Under the pieces are notes generated by a model that had not been told where the DNA came from, did not search any database, and saw nothing but the letters and a program-made list of their open reading frames with translations. The translations under genes were made by a program, and so were the position numbers. Shown one piece after another: positions 18,120 through 28,487 of a DNA stretch of 64,000 bases (its first letter is position 1; every line of letters starts with the position of its first letter). Source of the stretch: an uncultured beta proteobacterium (GTDB lineage: Bacteria; Pseudomonadota; Gammaproteobacteria; Burkholderiales; Burkholderiaceae). The stretch covers positions 5,377-69,376 of the forward strand of contig CAIPQU010000012.1 of assembly GCA_903867305.1 (NCBI GenBank), in the 5' to 3' direction.

Positions 18120-18995
18120 TTATTTAAATAATCCGTCGAGATACTTTTCATAATCGTAATAATTAATACTTTCGTATAACTCATTTCTAGTTTGCATTTG
18201 AGCAATTAAATCTTTCTGCGTTCCTTTAGAACGGATCGTTTGATAGACATTCTCGGCAGCTTTATTCATTGCTCTAAAAGCAGATAATGGATACAGCGCA
18301 ATACTAACGCCAACCGATCTTAGCTCTTCAATCGTAAACATTGGAGTAGAACCAAACTCAGTAATATTAGCCAAAATGGGTACTTTTGTTTTTTTTACAA
18401 ATTGTTGATATTGATTGAGTTCTGTAATCGCTTCTGGAAAAAGCATATCAGCACCAGCTTCAACATAAGCCAAAGATCGATCAATTGCAGCATTTAATCC
18501 CTCAGCGGCTAATGAGTCCGTTCTAGCCATAATGACAAAATCGTCATTTGACTTTGCATCCACAGCAGCCTTGATGCGGTCGACCATTTCTTCGCAACTC
18601 ACAATTTGCTTATTTGGACGATGTCCACAACGCTTAGCTCCAACCTGATCTTCAATATGAATAGCAGCTACTCCAGCTTTTTCTAGCGAACGTACTGTTC
18701 TTGCAACATTAAATGCAGAAGAACCAAATCCAGTATCCACATCGACAAGTAATGGCAAAGGACATACATCGGTAATTCTTCTCGCATCAATGAGTACATC
18801 CTCTAAGTTGGAAATACCCAGGTCTGGCATACCTAAAGACCCTGCAGATACACCTCCTCCAGAGAGATAGATCGCTTTGTAACCAGCGCGTTGCGCCAAT
18901 AAGGCATGATTTGCATTAATGGCACCAATCACTTGTAATGGGGACTCTGCCTGTATAGCTTGACGAAAAGCGCTTCCTGAACTGATACGACTCAT
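18120..18995 (-). CDS. prpB: 2-methylisocitrate lyase
   Basis: [33 protein letters not shown] and MARTD motifs. Confidence 0.92.
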   Translation of the reverse strand: MSRISSGSAFRQAIQAESPLQVIGAINANHALLAQRAGYKAIYLSGGGVSAGSLGMPDLGISNLEDVLIDARRITDVCPLPLLVDVDTGFGSSAFNVARTVRSLEKAGVAAIHIEDQVGAKRCGHRPNKQIVSCEEMVDRIKAAVDAKSNDDFVIMARTDSLAAEGLNAAIDRSLAYVEAGADMLFPEAITELNQYQQFVKKTKVPILANITEFGSTPMFTIEELRSVGVSIALYPLSAFRAMNKAAENVYQTIRSKGTQKDLIAQMQTRNELYESINYYDYEKYLDGLFK

Positions 18996-19022
18996 AGACT
19001 GACCTTTATAAAAAATGAAGCT

Positions 19023-19985
19023 TTAATCTTCTTTCATATTCGATTTTTTAATAATGGGCTCAAGTCGTCCTTTTTCTTCTGTCAAAAATTTCACAAAATC
19101 TGCTCTAGAACCAGGTGATGGCTCAATACCTTGTGGAACTAAACGATTCGTGACGGCTTCTGTTTTCAATCCCGCATTAATAGCTTGATTCATTTTTTCT
19201 AAAACATCATCTGGCGTACCTTTAGGTGCGTACAAACCAGCCCAGTGACCAATAAAAACGTCTGAAAAACCTAACTCTTTCGTGGTTGGAACATTCGGTA
19301 ATGCAGATATTCTTTTATTCCAAGTCGATGCAATCGCTTTTAATTTTCCACCCTGAATCTGTGGTATCACCACGGGACTTGCCTCTGAGGTTGCATCCAC
19401 TTGACTTGAGATCACCGCCAGCATACCCTCTGAGCCACTCTTATAAGGAATTATTTCATATTTACCCCCAGTACTCAATTTCAGCATTTCAGCCACGAAA
19501 TGAGGCGTGCTTCCAGTTCCTGCGGTAGAAAAATTAATCCCTTTAGGCTCTTTGGATACGGCAATTAAATCTTTTAATTGATTAATCTTTGAATTAGCGG
19601 CAACTACAATAATTGATGGACTAACCGCTAAGAAACTTACAGGAATTAAATCACCCTCTTTATAAGGCATGGTTGACTTGATGAGAGCATTGGTTAAAGT
19701 ACCACTAGCACCAACAAAAAAGGTATAACCATCATTCGCACTTTTCGCAACATAATCGGCACCTAAAACAGATCCCGCCCCAGGCTTATTTTCAACAATA
19801 ATGGTTTGTCCAAGTTGTTTTGACGCAGACTCTGCAGCAACTCTAGCAACTAAATCATTTGCCCCACCAGGTCCAAAGCCAACAACAAATTTAATTGTTC
19901 GGTTAGGCCAAGGATCTGCAGCATACGAGAGCTGAAAAAGTGTCATACCTAACATTAGGCTAATTAAAGATATTCGTAATTTCAT
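19023..19985 (-). CDS. Bug/TctC substrate-binding protein
   Basis: WPNRTIKFVVGFGPGG, ENKPGAG and IPYKSG motifs with signal peptide. Confidence 0.93.
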   Translation of the reverse strand: MKLRISLISLMLGMTLFQLSYAADPWPNRTIKFVVGFGPGGANDLVARVAAESASKQLGQTIIVENKPGAGSVLGADYVAKSANDGYTFFVGASGTLTNALIKSTMPYKEGDLIPVSFLAVSPSIIVVAANSKINQLKDLIAVSKEPKGINFSTAGTGSTPHFVAEMLKLSTGGKYEIIPYKSGSEGMLAVISSQVDATSEASPVVIPQIQGGKLKAIASTWNKRISALPNVPTTKELGFSDVFIGHWAGLYAPKGTPDDVLEKMNQAINAGLKTEAVTNRLVPQGIEPSPGSRADFVKFLTEEKGRLEPIIKKSNMKED

Positions 19986-20079
19986 TTTTACACTCTCAAA
20001 GGGCTATGCATAACAAATTGTAAACGTGATTCCACTTTTAATAAGGGCTTACTTATTTCCTTCTTAATACAAACTTTAA

Positions 20080-22401
20080 TCATCTTTTTAATGGCCCAAA
20101 GTGAGGCGGAGAAACCCTTCTTTTTGAGGATGCTTCATACGCTGAGGCTACCCGTATTAATCGGTCTTCCATTCCGGGCTCTACACGGAATACCAAGGAG
20201 AATGGCAAGCCGGCTCCTTCAATCTTCGTGGGCTCTTGACTCGCTTTAGCAACGTATTTTTGTCGATCCTCTGATAACTCAAACCTAGCATCGTAAGCCG
20301 TGTCAACAAATCCAGCTGGAACCAATATCTCGGTGAGACCTGCATTCGGGCCATACAACAACTCGTTCCGAAGATCATTGATTTCTCCTGGCTCATCGGG
20401 CCATCCAATTTTTGCTGGAGGAAGTGGCGTATGCAGACGAACTAAAACATCCAACTTATTCTCCAGTATGACCATCATATCCACTCGTCGTAATAACTCT
20501 CTGAGCATAATCCGTTCATCAATCCCCTGCCGACCACCTAAAGGATTTCTAGGATCCGTAGTCTCTTCCCAGTTTTTAAATGCGGAGCGTTGATCATCTC
20601 CCCAAAACTTTGATCGCTGATTTAATGTAGGCCAATCAATCATCGATTCATTAAAACCAAGGGCTTTCCAATCTTGAGCTCGACGACTCAAATATTGCTT
20701 GATATGAAATCGAAATGAATTCGCTAAAATTTGATGCTGAATAGTCGCAATGGTTAAATTCTTTGGAGGTTCAATATTTAAATCAGCGAGCTCCACAAAA
20801 TAATCAATGGATGTCATTTTTCCTGTACCAAATACTTTTCCTGGAGCAAATTCTGTTGGCTGTATTTGTGCAGCAAATTCAGGAAATAATGGCTGACCAG
20901 TATCATTTAAGCGAAATAATATATCTGGCATAAATACAGGAAGCAGTCTTGCTAATGCCTTTGTAAAATCAATATCCATCTGCTCCATCGAGCTATCTTT
21001 TTTCCAAAGATAATGCGAAGACTCGACTAAAGTTGCACCTAAGTGCTCTCCAAGAACTGTTTTAATCTCCTGAGTTGCCTTCGTAATGATGGGCTCAACT
21101 GATTGAATACCGGGATTGACCATTGATTCACGAATCACACCGATGCGCGTACCTTTGAGAAACCCTGCCGTATTACTTTGAATGATATGGTCTTGGTATC
21201 GTGTCTGTAATACGGATGAACGTGGAACGGTGGTATACGGATCTCGAGGATCGTAATAACCCTTTTCTTCGTCCTTGAGTGCATCTAGGATACGAGCACA
21301 GTCATCTAGACTCCGTCCTAGAATACCCGTACGATCACAATAAATATCTGCACCAATTGCTCCTCCATCAAATCCTAACATTGCCTTATGAGGCAATATC
21401 AATGCTAAAGAATTATGGTTAGCGGGCCCACGTGTCGACATCCGTGTCTCTTCACCAAGACTTGCCATTACCAAATTAGCACTGACGGATACACCCGATC
21501 CTGAACTTGAGCCTAGTGAAGCAGAACGAGTTGTATCATAAGGATTCGATGGATTACCACCCCAGGTAGAGCGTTGATAACCTAGAACAGAAGGCAATAT
21601 TTGCTGAGGATAATTTTTGCCGCCTGGATCACCTGCACGGCCATTGTATTCAGTCATAACAGCCTTCGCTAAAATAATCGCACCTTTTTTACGAAGTTGA
21701 TCAACCAAAATATGGTCTCTCGCTGGAAAATCAATATCATAAGCAGCATCTGCGCCACCCGTTGATCTCATATCCTTCGTATCAAAAGCATCTTTAAAGG
21801 AAAAAGTAACGCCATAAAGGGGCATTAAATCTAGATCAGGTTGATTACCATATTGCTGATCTAATGCTGCTGCCTGTTCGAGAGCATCGGGATAATGCCG
21901 AAACATTTCACACATGGGAGGTGCTCCAATAGGCAAAGGACCTTTTGAGGGATGTAAGTCGTAATCACCTCGGCAGGTAACCGATCGCTCACCACGCAGG
22001 TTAATGGTTGATAAAGCATTTAATTGTCCAGCATTGGGTTTACCCACGATCATGCCAAACTGCTGTTTCACAGAGGGATCAGAGGCTGTCGCTTCCATTC
22101 GGCCAAACTCAAGTTCAGGTCCCATATAAGCATCTAAATTAGGAAATAAATCACTTGCTTTAAGCGTTTGCTGATCAAACTGAATCGCTTGCCCTCCCCG
22201 AACAACTCCATGCTCAGCTGGAAGATTACTCCCATCTCTGGTTACTAATAAGCTCGAAGGACCATTAAAGTGACGAATTCGCTCTAAATATTGTTGAACA
22301 ATCTCAACACATGTCGTTCGGCCCTCTTGAATAGCAAGATGCAATTGAGCAATAGTAGATTCTTCTACCTGAAAATGTTGATTTGACTGACTTTGTGACA
22401 A
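20080..22401 (-). CDS. Large amidase-signature family protein with atypical motif
   Basis: FSFKDAFD (Lys), NPYDTTRSASLGSSSGSG and EETRMSTRGPA in place of TDTGGSIRxPA; 773 aa. Confidence 0.8.
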   Translation of the reverse strand: MSQSQSNQHFQVEESTIAQLHLAIQEGRTTCVEIVQQYLERIRHFNGPSSLLVTRDGSNLPAEHGVVRGGQAIQFDQQTLKASDLFPNLDAYMGPELEFGRMEATASDPSVKQQFGMIVGKPNAGQLNALSTINLRGERSVTCRGDYDLHPSKGPLPIGAPPMCEMFRHYPDALEQAAALDQQYGNQPDLDLMPLYGVTFSFKDAFDTKDMRSTGGADAAYDIDFPARDHILVDQLRKKGAIILAKAVMTEYNGRAGDPGGKNYPQQILPSVLGYQRSTWGGNPSNPYDTTRSASLGSSSGSGVSVSANLVMASLGEETRMSTRGPANHNSLALILPHKAMLGFDGGAIGADIYCDRTGILGRSLDDCARILDALKDEEKGYYDPRDPYTTVPRSSVLQTRYQDHIIQSNTAGFLKGTRIGVIRESMVNPGIQSVEPIITKATQEIKTVLGEHLGATLVESSHYLWKKDSSMEQMDIDFTKALARLLPVFMPDILFRLNDTGQPLFPEFAAQIQPTEFAPGKVFGTGKMTSIDYFVELADLNIEPPKNLTIATIQHQILANSFRFHIKQYLSRRAQDWKALGFNESMIDWPTLNQRSKFWGDDQRSAFKNWEETTDPRNPLGGRQGIDERIMLRELLRRVDMMVILENKLDVLVRLHTPLPPAKIGWPDEPGEINDLRNELLYGPNAGLTEILVPAGFVDTAYDARFELSEDRQKYVAKASQEPTKIEGAGLPFSLVFRVEPGMEDRLIRVASAYEASSKRRVSPPHFGPLKR

Positions 22402-22719
22402 GATTTCACTCCCTTAGAATAGATTGCTTCCTCAATAAATAAGCCTAATTCATTGTTTTATTATTTAAATAATGACAGCAAAACCTATTGAAGATGTTCG
22501 TCTATCAGTATAAAACTAATCTTTTTATTTTTTAAAAACATCGATCAATCTCATTGGAGGATTACCTAGAATGAATTCGGAGTTATTTGTCATCAAATAA
22601 CAGATCAATATATAGGCTCGAACGTGATTTTATGCTACGCAATTCCTAAACTTGATCAGAAGACACTAATGACTTGACAGATATCATGAATAAAGAAATT
22701 TTATTCGAATAAGCATATC

Positions 22720-22742
22720 AGGGACCTCTTTAAGAGATCCCT
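22720..22742 (-). terminator. Stem-loop downstream of the MFS gene (possible terminator)
   Basis: Minus strand AGGGATCTCT-TAA-AGAGGTCCCT, a 10-bp stem with one G-U pair, 12 nt after the stop. The U-tract is weak. Confidence 0.4.
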
Positions 22743-22754
22743 AAATGAAAAGAA

Positions 22755-24398
22755 TTAACTAAACAACTTTAATGCACTGAGAACTGTTCGATAGACTCCC
22801 CATGCTAGTGGCAATCCAACAAAACTCCAAGATAAAATAACTCGTAAAGAGCTTGAGTTTGAATTCATGGATGGGTTTTGACTACCTATTTCAATTGATA
22901 AGGCTTTTTCATGTGCAAGGCGTTTCTCTTCAGCAAGCTCTGCGTCAGTCATAAACCAATGATCAGCAACTGGTTTAATGAACCAATTACAGATCAGACC
23001 AATTAACAACATACCAACCAAAATATACATTGTTTGGTTATATACCTGACTTTTCGGTAATCCAAGGCTCAATTGATAATCACGCATATAGTTCACAACG
23101 ACAGGCCCCAATATACCTGCAGTGGCCCATGCAGTAAGCAATCGGCCATGAATCGCACCAACCATTTGTGTTCCAAATAAATCGGCCAAATATGCCGGCA
23201 CTGTTGCAAAACCACCGCCATACATACTTAAGATAATACAAAAAGCAAGAACAAAAAAGACTAAATTACCAGCGTTTGAACTTGATGGAACACTAAAGTA
23301 TAAGAGGCCGCCAAGAATAAAGAAAATCGTATACGTGAGCTTACGACCAAATTTATCAGACAAACTTGCCCAGAAAAAACGTCCCGCAATATTAAATAAA
23401 CTCAGTAATGCAGTAAACCCTGCGGCAACAGCAGCGATCGAAGTTAACTGAGCTTTATCTAATTCATTAAACTTCAGATCTACACCAATCAAGCTTCCAG
23501 CAAAGACCTCTTGCAGCATCGGTGATGCCATACCAATCACACCAATTCCGGCTGATACATTCATCATTAAAACCATCCAGACTAACCAAAATTGCGGAAT
23601 TCCCCAGATCTTTTTGACATGAACACTTTTTTTGGTAATCATAGAATTGCTTTGTGCAACAGGTGAAGGATTCCATCCTTCTGGCTTCCAATCACTACTT
23701 GGAATCCGGTAACTCATTGCTCCAACTAACATATAGATGATGTAAATCACCCCCATTACTAAAAAGGTTTGAGCAACACCAACACTCGTCTCAGATGAGA
23801 AGTTTTTCATGAGTAATGCAGCCAATGGCGAACCAATCATCGCTCCACCACCAAAACCCATAATAGCCATGCCAGTTGCCATACCCCGACGATCAGGGAA
23901 CCATTTAATCAAAGTAGAAACGGGAGAAATATAACCCAACCCAAGCCCAACTCCACCAATGACCCCAGACCCGACAATCATTAACCAAAATTGGTGGGTA
24001 TAAACACCCAATGCAGAAATGAGCATTCCTCCACCCCAACAAATGGCAGCAACTACACCCGCTTTTCTTGGGCCTTCTCTTTCTAACCAACCACCCCAAA
24101 TAGCGGCTGAAACACCTAAAAACACGAAGAACAAGGTATACATCCAACCTAAAGTAGATATTTTCCAGTCACAACTAGTGGTAAATAACTCTTGAAAGAA
24201 TCCAACATCAGGGCCGCATTTAATTGCTTCTGTAAGGCCTTGAGAGACGCCTAAGGATTTAGACAGCGGAATCCAAAATACTGAAAATCCATAAGCCATA
24301 CCAATGCAAAGATGAATAGCTAAGGCTGCTGGCGGAACTAACCAACGATTAAAGCCCTTGCCTGCAATGATGTGTTCTTTATTTAAAAAATCAAACAT
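22755..24398 (-). CDS. MFS transporter, OFA (oxalate:formate antiporter)-like
   Basis: More than 12 TM segments; YAFSVF-like YGFSVF, WFPDRRGMATG and YGGGFATVPAYLADLFG motifs. Confidence 0.9.
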   Translation of the reverse strand: MFDFLNKEHIIAGKGFNRWLVPPAALAIHLCIGMAYGFSVFWIPLSKSLGVSQGLTEAIKCGPDVGFFQELFTTSCDWKISTLGWMYTLFFVFLGVSAAIWGGWLEREGPRKAGVVAAICWGGGMLISALGVYTHQFWLMIVGSGVIGGVGLGLGYISPVSTLIKWFPDRRGMATGMAIMGFGGGAMIGSPLAALLMKNFSSETSVGVAQTFLVMGVIYIIYMLVGAMSYRIPSSDWKPEGWNPSPVAQSNSMITKKSVHVKKIWGIPQFWLVWMVLMMNVSAGIGVIGMASPMLQEVFAGSLIGVDLKFNELDKAQLTSIAAVAAGFTALLSLFNIAGRFFWASLSDKFGRKLTYTIFFILGGLLYFSVPSSSNAGNLVFFVLAFCIILSMYGGGFATVPAYLADLFGTQMVGAIHGRLLTAWATAGILGPVVVNYMRDYQLSLGLPKSQVYNQTMYILVGMLLIGLICNWFIKPVADHWFMTDAELAEEKRLAHEKALSIEIGSQNPSMNSNSSSLRVILSWSFVGLPLAWGVYRTVLSALKLFS

Positions 24399-24460
24399 GG
24401 TTTACTCTCAATCTAGATAGAGAATTACAAAATAATGATATGAAAATTGATTGATCAGTT

Positions 24461-24856
24461 TTATTGATCATTAAATGGACTGGTAATAACAAGAAAAACT
24501 AAACTTTCTAAACCTGTATTATGCAACTCGTGAACAACCCCCGGAGGTATATAAGCAACATCATGCTCTCGCATGAGATGTTTCTTATTATCCAAAATAA
24601 GTAGGCCTTGACCACTTAAAAAATGATAGATTTGTTCTTGAACTTGATGAACATGACTCTCTACATAGGCACCTGGCTGATAGGTAGAGATTCGATAATC
24701 AAAAATGGCACTATCAGTCGTCTTTGGAGAGACGATTTCCTTTGAAAGAGCGCGGTCATGATGTCCAGGATATTGTATCCATGGTAATTCAGAAATATTT
24801 CTGACAACAGCTTCACGTTTTTTAGAATTTTTTTTCATGGAATAATCTTTTTTCAT
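24461..24856 (-). CDS. Cupin_2 domain protein
   Basis: HVHQVQEQIYHFLSG and IPPGVVHELHN cupin motifs. Start moved to ATG 24856, just after the ThDP-gene stop. Confidence 0.88.
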   Translation of the reverse strand: MKKDYSMKKNSKKREAVVRNISELPWIQYPGHHDRALSKEIVSPKTTDSAIFDYRISTYQPGAYVESHVHQVQEQIYHFLSGQGLLILDNKKHLMREHDVAYIPPGVVHELHNTGLESLVFLVITSPFNDQ

Positions 24857-24869
24857 TGAAATCTCTTTA

Positions 24870-26657
24870 CTAAGGTTGCCATGGTTTGCCAAAAACTGGC
24901 TCGCGATAAGGTATTGGTGGCAATTGCCAAGTACCTGTTGATGGAGGTTTGATTTCTGCACTAACGTGGACATCAATCACTGTTGGACGACGATTTTGAA
25001 TCGCTTGAGCTAATACACCACGAAAATCTTCACTACGAGTGACTGTAAATCCATCAGCACCACATGCTTTAGCCCACATCGCAAAATCTGGGTTATAACG
25101 TTCTCCACCAGGCCCTTGTGTCCCTTTGTAAAAAGCTGTACCAATTTCACGACCTTCAAACATTCCTATTTGAATATCACGAATAGCAGACCATGCAAAA
25201 TTATTCCAAACAACCCAAATACAAGGTAAGTCGTATTCAACAGCGGTTGCCACCACATACGGAGCCATCATAAAACCGCCATCACCGACGACTGCAATAC
25301 AGGTTCTCTCAGGCGCCGCTAATTGCGCGCCGAGTACGCCACACACTCCAAACCCCATTGATGAATAGCCCCAACTATTGAGCATACTTTGGGGTCTCTT
25401 GGGCTTCCAAAACTGCATGAACCAATTATGATGAACACCCGAGTCTAAAAGTAAAATAACATCATCGGGTACGACATCTTCGATTCCACGCACAACATAT
25501 TCAGGGCGTATCGGTGTCTCTATCTTAGTAAATTGAGGACTGATGAAATTTTGCCACTCATCTTGCCAAGCTTTAATTTCTGAGCGCCACTGTGCAAAAG
25601 TAGATAGATTCATTTCACCTTGTTGCGACAGACCAGTTAATAATTGTTGTGCAAAAATTTTCGCATCAGCAATCAGACCAATCGTAGGTAAATAATTTCT
25701 ACCAAGTTCAGCCGGATCAATATCCACTTGAATCAATTTGGTCGTTGGGAAGTTCCAAGAATATCCTGGATACCAAGAAGAGGAAGATCGATCATCAAAA
25801 CGCGTTCCAACACAGATTACTAAATCAGCATGACGACCAGCTTGATTGGCAGGATAAGCGCCATTTCGTCCAATGAAACCTAGAGTCAAATCATCTGATG
25901 ACGGAACACATCCCATCCCATTCGGTGATGTAATAACAGGAATACCATAATCTTTTGATAACTGAGTAATTTCGGGGCCAGCTTCAGCAAGACTGACACC
26001 TTGACCAATAAAGAATATTGGTCTTTGCGAGCTCTGCAAAAGTTGCATTACCTTCTCAATATCTTGCTGATTCGCACCTGGACGATACTCTCCTAATCGA
26101 TGAGAAATCGGCGGCACTTCAACGTCATCGGATTCCTGAAAAACGTTATAAGGAATATCGATGTTGACTGGACCTGGACGACCGGTCAACATCGTATCAA
26201 AGGACTGACGCAGTGCTAACGGCAACATATCAACCCGAGAAGGCTGAAAAGTTCTTTTCACAACAGGTCGTAAGACTTGTGCAAAATCGGCTTGATTATG
26301 CGCGTACAGTTCTTGGAACGGTGCACGATTGGCCTGAGATGTTGGAACGTTTGCAGTAATCGCTAAAAATGCTGAGGAATCCGATAGTGCAGTTGCTAAT
26401 GACATCACAATATTCGCTGAACCAGGTCCCGTAGAAGTAAGGGTAGCAACGGCTTCGTGCTTTACCCGAAAATAAGCATCCGCCATGTGACCAGCACACT
26501 GCTCATGACGAGGTGAAATCAACGTAATTTTATCTTTAAGCTGATATAAGGCATCTAATATGCCGACATTACCGTGACCACAAACTCCAAAAATATAAGG
26601 CACTTTTTGCTTAACTAAATACTCAGCAATCAGTTCCCCACCTTTCATCTTAGGCAT
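24870..26657 (-). CDS. ThDP-dependent enzyme (#2), CGHGN N-terminal motif
   Basis: FGVCGHGNV, RHEQ, TGPG and GDGGF...WNN motifs; 595 aa. Confidence 0.9.
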   Translation of the reverse strand: MPKMKGGELIAEYLVKQKVPYIFGVCGHGNVGILDALYQLKDKITLISPRHEQCAGHMADAYFRVKHEAVATLTSTGPGSANIVMSLATALSDSSAFLAITANVPTSQANRAPFQELYAHNQADFAQVLRPVVKRTFQPSRVDMLPLALRQSFDTMLTGRPGPVNIDIPYNVFQESDDVEVPPISHRLGEYRPGANQQDIEKVMQLLQSSQRPIFFIGQGVSLAEAGPEITQLSKDYGIPVITSPNGMGCVPSSDDLTLGFIGRNGAYPANQAGRHADLVICVGTRFDDRSSSSWYPGYSWNFPTTKLIQVDIDPAELGRNYLPTIGLIADAKIFAQQLLTGLSQQGEMNLSTFAQWRSEIKAWQDEWQNFISPQFTKIETPIRPEYVVRGIEDVVPDDVILLLDSGVHHNWFMQFWKPKRPQSMLNSWGYSSMGFGVCGVLGAQLAAPERTCIAVVGDGGFMMAPYVVATAVEYDLPCIWVVWNNFAWSAIRDIQIGMFEGREIGTAFYKGTQGPGGERYNPDFAMWAKACGADGFTVTRSEDFRGVLAQAIQNRRPTVIDVHVSAEIKPPSTGTWQLPPIPYREPVFGKPWQP

Positions 26658-26777
26658 AAGATCTCCAAATCAATATTTTTCTTTCACATAGGATAACTGA
26701 TTTGAGTTCCATACAAATAATTACAACCCTCTATTCATGAACTTTTACACCTAAATTGTGCTAACCTTTAAGAAAAA

Positions 26778-27761
26778 ATGGAGACATCTATGCATCGTTA
26801 TTGGTTAAATCAAATAGTCTTGCTATTTTTAGTTTCGCTTTCATCCTCATGGTGTATCGCCCAAGAATTTCCGACAAAACCCATTCGTATCATTGTTCCA
26901 TTCGCACCCGGTGGATCAAATGATGTTGTCATGCGCCAACTGGCGCCATTACTCACCGAAGAACTGGGTCAAACTGTCATTGTCGAAAACCGTCCTGGTG
27001 GAGGGGCAACGATCGGCATGGATTTAGTAGCCAAATCAAAACCTGATGGCTATACCCTAGGAGTTGCCAATACTTCTTTTGGCGCCAATCCTTTTGTCAT
27101 GAGCAAAATGCCCTTTGATACTATGAAGGATTTTTCTCCAGTTTGTCTGGTCGGAAAAGTTCCATTGGTAGTCGTGATTAATCCTGCCGTCCCTGTTAAG
27201 AATATTAAAGAACTCATCGACTATGCAAAAAAGAATCCCGATCTGATCAATTATGGTTCTGCTGGTAATGCTAGCGCTCCCCATTTAGCTGGAGCTTTAT
27301 TTGAATATATGACGGGTGTCAAAATGACGCATATTCCTTATAAAAGTGGTGGTGAAGCAACTGCTGCACTGTTAGGGAATGTTACCCAATTACAATTTGC
27401 GGCAGTACCTTCTGCCATCCAACAAATTCGGTCCAACCGATTAAATCCGCTTGCTGTAACAACGCTGGATCGCGATGAAAGTTTGCCCGATGTGCCAACA
27501 ATTGATCAATCAGGCGTAAAAGATTTTGATATGGCGGACTGGATCGGAATTGTTGTGCCAATCGGAACTCCGGAACCAGTCATCAAACGATTGAATGATG
27601 CCTTTATCAAAGTTCTCAACAAACCTGAAACTCGAATGAATCTTTCAAAAGCTGGAGCACGAACCATTGGAGGATCCGCAGAAGAGTTGAAAAATTTTAT
27701 TAATAAAGAACTCAATACGTGGCAAAAAGTTGTTAAGGCAGCAAATATTAAAATTAATTAA
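26778..27761 (+). CDS. Bug/TctC substrate-binding protein
   Basis: FPTKPIRIIVPFAPGG, ENRPGGG and HIPYKSG motifs. Confidence 0.93.
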   Translation: METSMHRYWLNQIVLLFLVSLSSSWCIAQEFPTKPIRIIVPFAPGGSNDVVMRQLAPLLTEELGQTVIVENRPGGGATIGMDLVAKSKPDGYTLGVANTSFGANPFVMSKMPFDTMKDFSPVCLVGKVPLVVVINPAVPVKNIKELIDYAKKNPDLINYGSAGNASAPHLAGALFEYMTGVKMTHIPYKSGGEATAALLGNVTQLQFAAVPSAIQQIRSNRLNPLAVTTLDRDESLPDVPTIDQSGVKDFDMADWIGIVVPIGTPEPVIKRLNDAFIKVLNKPETRMNLSKAGARTIGGSAEELKNFINKELNTWQKVVKAANIKIN

Positions 27762-27773
27762 GAAAGAAGAAAA

Positions 27774-28487
27774 ATGCATCGAATTGGCATGTTATTACCA
27801 GCAACCAATATTGCTGTTGAAATCGAACTTAATCGTGTACTACCAGATAATTATCAGTTATTTATTTCAAGGCTGAAAGTAAGCTCAGTCGATGAGATTG
27901 GTTGGAAGGAGCACGATGCAGATATGGATTATCAAACCGAACTCATCGCTACGATTCGCCCAGAAGTAATCATCATGCTGCAAACGGCCGCCAGTTTTTA
28001 TGGCGATGGCAATTATGATGCTGATGTTGTGAAACGCATTTCTGCTATTGCGAAAATTCCGGCAATTACGACAGCACATTCTATCGGTCGAGCTCTCAAA
28101 GCCTTAGGCGCCAAAAAAATTGCGATGCTATCTCCCTATAACGCAAACATCGCTGTACGTGCCAAAGAATATTATCAACGGATCCATCAGTTAGATCTTG
28201 TCAACACAGAGTTTTTTAATCTAACAGATGTGAAAAAGATTATCGAATTAGGTCCTGAGCCAGCGGCAAAGGCAATCGAAAAATTAGTAGCAACCAAACC
28301 CGATGCCATCATCTTAGCGGGTGGTGCCTATCAAGTGATGAACAATATTGAAGGCTGGGAAAAGAAATTTGATTGCACGATTGTTTCAACCAATCAAGCT
28401 GCTATTTGGGGAGCGATTCAAGCTACCGGAGGAAATGAAAAGATTACTGGATTTGGAAAAGTTTTAGAAATCATGCCAAAAGGTTAG
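27774..28487 (+). CDS. Asp/Glu racemase-fold protein (maleate isomerase/arylmalonate decarboxylase-like)
   Basis: RIGMLLPATNIAVEIEL, LKALGAKKIAMLSPY and VSTNQAAIW motifs; catalytic Cys residues absent. Confidence 0.82.
   Translation: MHRIGMLLPATNIAVEIELNRVLPDNYQLFISRLKVSSVDEIGWKEHDADMDYQTELIATIRPEVIIMLQTAASFYGDGNYDADVVKRISAIAKIPAITTAHSIGRALKALGAKKIAMLSPYNANIAVRAKEYYQRIHQLDLVNTEFFNLTDVKKIIELGPEPAAKAIEKLVATKPDAIILAGGAYQVMNNIEGWEKKFDCTIVSTNQAAIWGAIQATGGNEKITGFGKVLEIMPKG

Noticed and set aside
22545-22600. Mini-ORF MNSELFVIK behind a GGAGG sequence
   Set aside because: Only 9 codons, 10-nt RBS spacing and no downstream gene on that strand; probably chance in AT-rich DNA.
22755-22900. Extra C-terminal hydrophobic segment on the OFA-type MFS protein
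   Set aside because: It appears to be a common tail of this proteobacterial subfamily, and nothing here suggests a new function.
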